64,000 nt of DNA from Thecamonas trahens ATCC 50062 (Eukaryota; Protista; Apusomonadida), in the NCBI RefSeq assembly GCF_000142905.1, contig NW_013657661.1, positions 1 through 64,000 of the forward strand. The letters are read 5' to 3'. Positions 46,607-56,779 of the stretch are shown in pieces; within the stretch, counting starts at the first letter, position 1, and the number at the start of each line of letters is the position of its first letter. A program made the translations under genes and the position numbers. The notes beneath the pieces are model-generated. The model worked only from the letters and a program-made list of their open reading frames with translations. It was not told where the DNA came from and did not search any database.

Positions 46607-47279
46607 CCGTCTGTTCTCCGTAATGCAGCCAAATACAGGTGAGCGAGAGGGGGGAGGGAGTGGGGAGGGAGTGGGGAGGGAGTGGGGGGAGAGGGAGGAG
46701 GAGAGGAAAAAAAAAGGAGCCAACCGCCGAAAAAGGGCACAAACCAGAGGTGGAATGGTAGCGGTGAGGCAAACAACATATTCACACACACACACACACA
46801 CACACAGGTGGCAAAGAAGGGAGGGTGGGGGGCGGGAGGGGGGGGGGGGATGCAGGGGGGAGGGAGGAGGAGGAGGAGGAGGAGGAGAGAGCATAGCGGT
46901 GGTAGGGAGGACATACGGTTTTTTGTTGCCACAGAGAGGAAAGTGGTCGTGTGCTGCGGTGTGGGTGTGGGTGTGGGCCGTCCAGGGGCTCAGGAGGGGG
47001 GCGAGTCGGTGATGGAGGCGCGGAGAAGGGCGAAAAAGTTGGGCGCGTGAATTGGCGGAGATGCCAACACAAAAAAAAAGATTCTAAAGTTGGTTTCGAC
47101 CAACATTCCGCTTCACCCACTGGCCAGGTTTTTACTTCGACTTCCACAGCAGTTTGGAAGGAACGGCGACCTTCCAACCATCCCCACCATGAACAGCATG
47201 GGCATGACTTGACTGGGTAAACCAGGTTGAAAAGGTGCAAGGCTTTGTTGACGACGGATCGACGAAAAACACAGGTACC

Positions 47280-48507
47280 ATGAGCAACAAGCTGCAACAT
47301 ATGGCGTACGAGTGCAAGGGCTTGCATGGGCCCGGGGTCAAGAGCGTGTGCGAGGTGCGGAGTCCTGGCGAGGAACTTTTTTCCGTCGACCGCATCATCA
47401 TTCCCATTTTCCAGCGGCGGTACTGCTGGACGGCAAAGGTGGTGACCACGCTTCTGTCCGACGCCATGGATGCCGGTGCCACGGGCCGCCACGCCATGGG
47501 CAAGGCCATTTTCGTGCCGGGCGCCCAGGACCGGACCCTGGTCTGCGTCGATGGGCAGCAGCGGCTGACTACGGTCTCGCTGTTAGTGGCGGCGGTGGCG
47601 CGTGTGGCGCGCGCCCGCGCGTGGTGCGACGAGCTTGAGCGCGATCAGCTGCTGGCTGCGTGTCAAGCACTGCTCTGGAGCGACGAGCCGCCAGCGTCGG
47701 GGCCGGACGGGGTCGTTGAGGGCGAGGACGTGCCGAGCGCCCGGCTCTCGCCATCGTATCCGGACCGAGCTCCGTTCTTTACAGCGGCGATGGGCGGAGA
47801 TCCGGCTGGGCGCCCGGCGCGGCGCGATCGCTAGTCCCGGCTGCGTTTGCGGCTGCAGTAGACGTCATCGATGCGCTCGCCACGCCTCGCCTTGCGTGGA
47901 TGCTCCAGGCCATCAGCTCGGGCCTCTCGTTCATCCACTATGAGCTCGCCTCTGCCGAGCACGCCGTCGACATCTTCCTCTGGCTTCAGGAGCGGTCGAT
48001 CTTCACCCGCATCTTTGCGCACGTGGCCAAGCCCGGTGTCACCCTGCGCGCCGCCGATCTTCTCCGGAACCTTGTCCTCTCCGAGTGGACCAACGATAGC
48101 GTCGCCGAGCAGACGTCCAAGTACGTCGAGCTGTGGCTCCCGCTCGACACCAAGTTTGCCACCGCCGACGCCTTTGACGCGTTTCTCGCTGCCTTTGCCG
48201 CCCACCTCTCGGCCTCGGGCGAGATCGAGGCGCTCACCCAGGCCGCGGGCGAAGATGCCGCCGCACACGCCACCGTCGCCCTTGATGACATGGTTCGGAC
48301 CCTTGCCTCCCGCATCAACGCCCCGGGCTTCACCCCCCGGACTTTTCCAACATCGAGCTCTACTTTGCCCTCGCCACCTGGGTCCGACTCTCTGCCGTCG
48401 TCCATCCCAGCGACACCGGCATCGCCGAGCACATCATTGCCCGTCTCTCGCAAGCTGTCGCCGACTATGCCCCGTTGTCAGGTGAGGTGTCTGCGAGCGA
48501 GCAGTAG
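47280..48507 (+). CDS. DUF262 (GmrS/SspE N-terminal, ParB/Srx-like) domain protein; frameshifts near 47810 and 48335
   Basis: IPIFQRRYCW, H.MGKAIF, VDGQQRLTT, RLSPSYPDR, IF..LQER...GVTLRAADLLRN. The restored C-terminus ends ...DYAPLSGEVSASEQ*. Confidence 0.82.
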
Positions 48508-48931
48508 CACACGAGCTGTAGCTTGCCAGCCTTGCGCGTTTCTCATCAAAACAACACGACTTTGTGTGCATCGTATCCAACCCGCCCGCCCGCACTTTCC
48601 GACGCAAGCATTGGACGAATCCAATACGTGCACCCCCCTCCCTGTTCAAACCCGCACCCAAACATGTGCCCAAACCCATGCCCATCATGACCCCTTCCTT
48701 GATCCGACTCGCCCTGGCGTCGGGCCACTCGCACCACAACCCGTCGCCACACCTGGCGTGCACCCACCGTCCACCATTCCCACCCACCGCCCCAGTCACA
48801 CCACTCCCTCCGCACGTCCACCCCACCCGTTCCCATCATGTGGTACCTGCACACAGTAGTGACCATGGCCGAGTCGACCCTCTTCACTCTCCAAGTACGC
48901 CCCTCGCCCTTCTCCACCCCCCCCCCTCGCG

Positions 48932-49363
48932 ATGGCCCAGGCCCTCCACTTTATGGTTCGTCCCGACTCGGCACTGCGGCTGTACTTTGGCGATGACTTT
49001 GTCGAGTCGGCGCCGGCGAGGACACTCACAGCACTGCGGATGACACTGGCAATCGCTGGCGCTGCGTCGATCGTTCTCGCCGCGCTGCTGTGTGTCTCGG
49101 CACGGTTCATGTCCAAGGCCAAGTGCCGATCGCTCGGCCAGGCCCATGTGGTGGCTGCTGCCTTTTTCGGCTGGTCCATCTTTGGCTCGACTGCTCTTGT
49201 TGATGCCGGCTTCCCCATCCGCCCGTACATGCTGTGGGCGGTGGTCAACGGCCTGCTCGGCCTCTTCTTCCTCACCACAACCTCCATCGCGCGCAGGTAC
49301 GATCCGTCTGCCATGCCGCCGCTCTCGAGTGATGACGCCGCTGCGGCGACCAAGTCCGAGTAG
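48932..49363 (+). CDS. Small multipass membrane protein, unknown function
   Basis: Three hydrophobic helices and host-like codon usage. An upstream exon is possible. Confidence 0.6.
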   Translation: MAQALHFMVRPDSALRLYFGDDFVESAPARTLTALRMTLAIAGAASIVLAALLCVSARFMSKAKCRSLGQAHVVAAAFFGWSIFGSTALVDAGFPIRPYMLWAVVNGLLGLFFLTTTSIARRYDPSAMPPLSSDDAAAATKSE

Positions 49364-49370
49364 CCTGACC

Positions 49371-52300
49371 TCACCACTCGCCGGCCTCCAGCGCAATCCC
49401 GTCGCCGTCGCGGTGGACGTCCGGCTCGCCGCCGTCGACCACCAGATGGTCCATGTCGTCGTAAAATGCCACCCGGTGGTCGAGCTTGCCTGCCCGCCAC
49501 GCCACCGACAGCTGCCACAGCTCCCAGAAGATGGCGAGGACACAAATGGCGAGGACGCTGCCGATGACCGCCCACGCGCTGCCCGTTGCCACCGCCCGTG
49601 CCTCGCTCGACGGCTCCTTCTCCGAAAGTGCAACGCGCCGAGGACCGCCATCGCCACCAGCAGCGCCTCAAACACGTTCGAGAACACGTTATGTGTCCGC
49701 GAACGGTACGGCGACGCATGCAAATGCATGCACAGCGAGGTGAGGAGGAGCGCAAACACAAGCGCGAGCTGAAAGTACGCGTGTTGCGTCATAAACAGGT
49801 CAAAGACAACCACCCCGAACCGCTTCGCCATCAAGCCCATCTCCCAAAAGTACGTCCCGGCCCGGTACCGCGCAAAGAGCGAGCCGTAGAGCGCCACGTT
49901 GCGGGGCGAGTCGAGATCGTGCCGCGCCTGGTAGAGTGCAAAGCCCATCCCCAGCGGAGCGCACACATACGCCACAGACGTCACCAGCCCGAGCGGAAAC
50001 AGCACCCACCATCCCCCCACGTAGCACTCAACTTCGGGTGCCGCATCCAAGTAGAACCTGCCGTTTGGCAGCGCCGAGCAGTCAAAGAGCTCCAATGCAG
50101 CCTTGGACGCCGGAATGTACAGTGGCGGTATCATAATCACTGCTGCACGGACCAACAGCAGCAGCGAGTACTGCTTGGTCGGCCGCACGAGTCGGAGCAG
50201 TACAAAGACGCTGCAAAAGACCAGCACCACAACGAGCGGAAAGCAGATCGCGAGCACGTAGCGCGCCCCAAAATCCGTCACGCTGCACCCGGTCGCAAAC
50301 GTCCGGGACGAGAACATCAGCATCGACGAGAGGACAGAACCGACCGACGACGTTCCCACCGGCCACGAGAAATCCATGCCCAGCAGAACTGTCATGATCT
50401 GGAGTGTCGCAATCGCCAGCGAGACATGCACAAACGCAAAGTTGCCCAGCCGCGACGACTGAGCATCGCCCGTCGCCCGAGACTCAAACATCGCCGCCTG
50501 TGACCCGTAGATCGCCGTGGCGAGAACAGCAAGCCCCATCAAGACTGCGAGCACAAAGTACAGGCTGACAAGCGCAGAGCTTGCCGGCGGACACCGCTCG
50601 CACGCTCGCGCGTCAAAGTAGTACCCGGCCTGGCACTCGCGGCAGAGATGTCCGCCGTACCCACGCCCGCATCGCGCACCTGGGCCGACGTAACTGCCGT
50701 TAGAGCCCTCGAGTGCGCCAACACACGCCGCCGATGGCGTGCATGGCGTAAAAAGGTCGTACTCGAGCGCCCACCAGCCGTCCAGCGGCTCGGGCGCCGC
50801 AAGCCGTCCCGCACAACGCGCGCCGCGCGGACACGCCCCGCAAGCCAGCCCACTCACCCCTGGCCTTGGCGTATACCGCCCCGCAGTGCACACGCATGCG
50901 GCCCGGATCGCAGAGCCCTCTGCCGAGGTCGTCCCCGCCGGACACACGCTGCAGCTTGTCGCGCCCGTCTCTGTGTACGTCCCCTCCAGGCACGGCGAGC
51001 ACTGGCGCGACAAAAACGACGAACCGCTCGCCTCGACCGTCCCCGGTGCACACGCAGTAAACACCGTTTCTGCGGCCGTCGGGATCGCCGTCAGGGCCTC
51101 GGAAAACACTTCCCGCGGAACGCCCGCGCCTGGAGCACGTATGGTGACGCCGCCCGCAGACCGCCCACATGGATCGCCGGCAGATCCACCGTCGTATTGA
51201 ACGCTACAACGCCGCCGGGTCGGCCATTGACAAACAGCACCACCCCGCCGGCAATGCTTCCGCTGCCTGGAGGCAGCGGGATCGCCACTTCAAGCGCCTC
51301 TGTCCCCGCCGCAAGCACCGTCACCCGCATGCTGTCAAGGTCCAAGTTGATCTCGCATGCACGCCCGCCCACGATCCCGAGCTGCACTCACAAAGTCCGA
51401 CGTCGACGCATGCGCCGTTGGAGCATGCTGGGCGGCAAAATGGCTCGTCGCCGTCTTGCCCGCCACGGTTCTCGTCCACGTGCAGGAGCGCGTACCCGCC
51501 GTTGAACCGGTCCACGCCTCTAGCGCCCACCGCCAACATGTTCCCACCAGCCACAATCGCCGCGCCCAACAGCGTCCGATCGTTGGACAGCGGCTCCTCG
51601 ATGGCCGCAAACCAGAGCCACTGGCTCTCAGCGCTTGCGTTGCGCCGGAGCAGGACAAGCTCGCCACGATCGCCACCCGAAGGGTACGTCGGTAGCCCTA
51701 TCCCAAGCACATCCATCGCCTCGGCGTAGACCAGGCTGGCGCCAAATCTCGAGTCGATGACCCGCTGTGGCACCACCGGGTTCGCCACCAGCGGCTCGCG
51801 GAAATGCGTCACCGCCGTCCAGTTGCGGAACGACTGCCCGCCGCTCAACACAGCCACAGCCTCGGCCGCATCGTACGGGTTGGCCCCCTCGAGACGGTAC
51901 TCAACCACAGAGCCGACATTGCTAAAGTCAACGTCGCGCGGGCAGCCAGCAAAGATCGTATCGTCTGATGCCGCGAGCGCGCTTCCGCAGTACTCGCCAG
52001 ACGACGCCGCTGACACGGTACAGTCAGGCTTGCCGCCGAGCGGCGAGACCAGAACGGCTGTCGACACAAAGTGCGCCGGCGACGAGACCGACACCGTCGA
52101 GTCGAGCGCAAACACATACACCTTGCCTTCGTTTGTCTGCACGTTGCCTGGACAGGTCACACCGCCATCGCCGCGTGGCGCGCCGATCGCCAGAAATAGG
52201 TTTGGCGCGAGTCCCTGGCCGGCATTGTCCAGCACCACGTTCTGCAGCACGTCAAGCTCACCGGCATCGCTCGACGGCAGCGCCTGTGGCTTGGTCGGCT

Positions 52301-53279
52301 TCGAGCTCCGGTCCGCAAAGTAGTAGTCGTACGCAAAGCCTGAATTGAAGGCCAGTGCCGTGCCAAACTGCACCCCCTCCACGGTGTTGCTCGAGCTGCC
52401 GTGGATAGCGCCGGCATCGATCGTCGCGTTGCTGGGGTAGAGGACGTGGACGTTGTCGGATGAAAAACTGCCCGACGTCGACGTCCGCCAAAACACAAAC
52501 ACAGCGCCGACCTCCTGCCCGAGCAAGTTCGAGCACAGCCGCGGTGCTGATGACGCCACCAGCCGCGCGTCAGGAGAGATGATCACGGTGTTGGCCCCGC
52601 CAATGAGATACCTGGCGAACTCGCCGCACATCGCATCGCTCAGTATAGGCGGCTGCAGCACTGATTCCAGCTTGAATCCAGCTAGGGTCTCTGGTGTGCG
52701 CATCGCCTTGTACACAAACAGTGCGCCTCGGGGAAACGCGGCCATCCCCGCCAGGTTCGTGCCCACCACCAGCCACTTGCCCGATGGATGCATGGCCAAG
52801 CTGCGGCCAAACTGATAGGCATCGCCATACGGCGCAATGTCCTCTGGGGGCTCCAGCACAACCTTTCGTGCATAGTCATCGCCCTCACGCTCGTAAATCA
52901 GCACCCGGCCACGGAAGCAATCCGATGGGCTCGACGGACACGTGCCAGCTGCCTCGTACAGCGGCGCCGACACCGCCAAAACGCCTCCAAACCGCGACAT
53001 CGCCAACGCCGACCCCAGCTGTTCTCCTGTTGCGTTGCTATCCATCTTGAGGTCGTCATCAATGGTGGTAACCCGTCCTCGGAACTTTTCCTCGCGAGCC
53101 AGAGGATGCACGCCACCACGCTGCGCCCTCGACACGTTTGCCGATGGCGACAATGGAGCAAAGCGAAAGTTGGCAAAGACAGGGGGGCCGGCCTCCGTGT
53201 TAAAGGCATGGCACACGCAGCCAGCCAGAAGCCCCACACCCACCACCGCCACGAGCACCGGTAAAGAGTGTATGCGCAT
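49371..53279 (-). CDS. FG-GAP propeller + EGF + beta-sandwich + Cys-rich (GCC2/ephrin-receptor-like) repeats + multipass membrane domain; frameshifts near 51362, 51115 and 49625
   Basis: Signal peptide MRIHSLPVLVAVVG...; LGSALAM...VSAP, FGRSLAM, FGTALAF, LAIGAP, FGASL; CSNGACVDVGLCEC; CPAGT..CVC..G.Y; CPRGARC; about 9 TM helices. Confidence 0.8.
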
Positions 53280-53613
53280 GTATTTGCACAGGTAGAGGGG
53301 GGGGGGGGGGGGAGCATAGCGTGCACGGCTTGTCGGGTTTTTTTTGCCGGATGATTTCGATGTGTCAGTGAGGGTCAGATGGCCAGCAGCCAGCGTTTGG
53401 CAGGAAGATGGTAGGGTCTTGACAGAGCGTGTTACTGCTTTCGCGCGCGCCCGTGTGTTTGTGTGTGTATGTGTGTTTGTGTGTGTGTGTGTGTGTGTAC
53501 AGGAGAGGGGGGAGGGGAACGGGGGTGGGGGGGGGATGATCGCGAATTCAATGATCAGGCGATATGACATCCTCACTCGAACAACGCCGCACCCATGCAC
53601 GACTTTGGGCCCA

Positions 53614-56354
53614 CTATGCGGGGAATCGATGGAGGATGGTCATGTTCCGCAGGACGTACCAGTGCGGGAGAGGACGGATGCAGACGTGAAGCTTACCGGC
53701 TTTTGCAGCGGGGAGCGAAGAGATAGCATTGGCGACGGTCTTGCACTCGTCGCGGTCGTTGATGTGGGCGATGGCCCAGTCGGTGGATGCGACCGAGACA
53801 AAGTCGACAATGGCAGCGACAACGTCCCGAAGCATGTACTCTTCGCCGAGTTGGTTAAGGGCATCAGCAAGGTCCGAGCGGGCATGCGCCTGCCACGGCT
53901 TGTGGACAAAGATGAGAACGGCGCGCGCCTGTGGCACGCCGTGCACAAACTCGCCCTCGTAGAGGACAGCCTCGCGCGGAATCGACCGAAGGGTGCCAAA
54001 CCCATGCAGATCGTACCGATGGCCTCCAAAAGTCCCGACGTAGCTCACACCAAGCTCCGGCATGATCCACTCGCCGTCGACCGGCCGCCCGTTCGCAAAC
54101 GTGCCGTCGACAATCTCGCCGTCACCGAGGCGCAGCACGCCCGACACCGGCTGCAGCGTCTCAAACCGGCCCTCGAACATCACCCCATTGCCGTACACAA
54201 TCTGACCAACGCATCCGTTGTCGTACCCAAGCGGCCGGGCCCGCCGGCTCGCCTGAAGCTCTCTCCGCGGCGCATCCCACACGCCCGAGAACACGCTCCC
54301 ATCGAGCTCGGAAACAAACGAGCCGGGTCCCGACCACTCGCCGCGCTCAAACCACCCGTCGTACACGCCGGCCTCCATCGGAAGCTGGAACACACCGGCG
54401 CCATGCCGGAACCCGCCGCGGTGGTCGCCGCGGTATCGCCCGGCCTGCACCGCAGGCGCCAACGGATCGCACCCGCTCTCGTCCTCCCACACCTCGTGAT
54501 CGCCGCATCCAGTAAAGGCGTCATCGGCAAACGAGCCCACAAACCGCCCATGCTCGCACACAAGCTCGCCATACCCGCTCCGTTCTCCCTGCTCAAACGA
54601 TCCCACGTACCGCGCTCCAGACGCAAACAGCAGCATGCCGTGGCCGTGCGGTAGCTCGGTCTCGACATCCACATGACCCTCGTACCGCCACGGCGTTGTG
54701 GCACAGCTCCCCTTCCGCAGCGGCAGGGGAGCTGCGTCGCCCACCACCATCGACTCGCCTGACGACGTCAAGTCCATCATTGAGCCCACCTCTTCCGCTA
54801 GCTTGAGCGAGAGCTCGCCTAGCGCCAGAGTCACTCGCCGCTCCTCGCGCTCCTCGCGCTCGAGCCACGAGTCGTGCGATGCCGTCCGTCGTCCGCTCCC
54901 GTTGCCATTACCCCCCACTGGAAGCTCCGTCGTCGTCCGCGCCGCCAATCGCAAGTACGATCTGGGCACTGCAAACACAACCTCGGCTTGCGCTGCTGCC
55001 AGATCGCTCAGCACGCTCCGACTGCTGGCCGACGTCCACCCCGAGCTCGATCGATTCGACGACGCCGACCTCGAGAGCGAGCCTGAGCTCGCTTGCGGCG
55101 ACCGCGACGCTCGCAGCTTGCTCAGCGGCGAGAGGTCGAGCGATTCCGAGAGCTTGTCCTTGGAGCTTGCCGTCGCTGCCCGGTTTAGCGCCGAGACAAC
55201 CGACGACCCCCTTCTAGCTGCGAAAGCGATGCCGGCCGCACCCGCGACTGGCGCCGCCTGCGCCGCGCTCCCCACGGTACGTCCGAGACAATCACCACAG
55301 ACATGCCACCTAACATGCCCGAGATCCGCGCGCTCCAGTCAAAGAACTCGGGAAACGTCTCTGCAAAGGTGAGCCACTCGGCAAACGTCACCACGTCGCA
55401 CGACGTCGTTTGCGCCACCGCCATCACCCACGCCACATCATCCGCAGCTGATGACAAAGCGTAGCGCGCCATGCGCCGAACAGGCATCGTACTGGCTGCC
55501 TCATTGACCCACCCCCGCTCCGAGCTCACACGCCGCGAAGAGTGTGCGCGGTGCGGAAGCCGAAGCACCTCGCGACCGCGGTCGCCATCGCTGCTTGTCC
55601 GGCGATGCCGGACCCGCCGCGACCGCCGCTTGCTCAACCGCGGCGACTTGCTCTCGCTGCGTCTTGCCGTGCCCGTCGCTCGGCTGATAGTCACGTCTGC
55701 TACTGAGAACAACAGCTCGAGCTCAACCTTGGACAGCTCGCCGTTGCCGTCGCAGTCGTAGCAGTGAAAGAGGAACGAAGCCTTCTTCTCCACAGGCGTC
55801 GCCGACATGACCATCCCCAGCCCACCTACCAACTCCAGACAGTCGATCGTGCCCGAGCCGTCGACATCAAAGGTGTGAAAGGCGACCCGAGTCCAGGTCT
55901 CGTTCGACAAGACCGCCGCCTCGTGCGCCGTCACGCCCCCGGTCTCAGCATCCGCCACTGAGAGCGCCGTCGCCAGGATGGAGCACATCACCACAAAACG
56001 ATTTTCAGTCAGCATAGTGTCGACCGAGAGCGCCTTCAGATCGGCATCGCTCAGGCCGGCTGTCTTGGACGACGGCATGGTGCCGAGCACAAACTCGACT
56101 GTGGCAGTTTTTGAACACCGTCAGACGCACATATCCAATGCGACACGGATCGACAGCAAACGAACAGTGAGTGCGGCTCCATCCCCCCCCCCCCTACCAA
56201 ATTGCTCTTTTCACCGAACCCAGACCCGCACCACCACCGTACCCCATAGGGCCTCGACAAGGCGCTTATTGAGCGCTGTCCATCTCTTTGCGGCTGTCAC
56301 AAACTCAGAGTATGTAATACGCTCGTTCGCTTTTCGCGAGCTCCGCGCTCCCAT
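53614..56354 (-). CDS. N-myristoylated EF-hand (calcineurin-B/recoverin-like) + MORN-repeat protein; intron at about 56099-56242, frameshift near 55277
   Basis: Exon 1 MGARSSRK...; EF loops DVDGSGTIDCLE and DCDGNGELSKVE; MORN repeats YEG...HGHG, YVGSFEQGERSGYG, YRGDHRGGFRHGAG. Confidence 0.75.
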
Positions 56355-56779
56355 GCCTCGCCGCCCAGCTTGTTGCGGTTGTGTGGGTAGAGTCGAGTGC
56401 TGCCGTTGCTGAACAACTTCATTCTACGATGAGGCCAAAAATTGCCGCTCGACCTTAATTGGCATCCATGACCAATTTGGCCTGTCATGTGGCCAGCCTA
56501 CCACGAGAGGTCAACGCTAAAGCGTTTGGTGCGCGAGGCACAGCCCAGCTGCACGGCTTGCCCATCGCCCGTGTGTAGTACCCACATGCAACTGCCCGCT
56601 AGCTGTGATGACGTGCAATCCTTCTTTGCACATTTGATCTTCGCTTCTATCGCGCCTCCAACTACCCAGCCATCCTGCCTAATTGACAGCGTACAAAGTC
56701 GCCGCTTCAGTGCCTCAAGCCTGCCAGCCTTTGCGTGGCGGCCATGGCGTGACGAGGCCTGTGATCGTAAGAGCATGGG

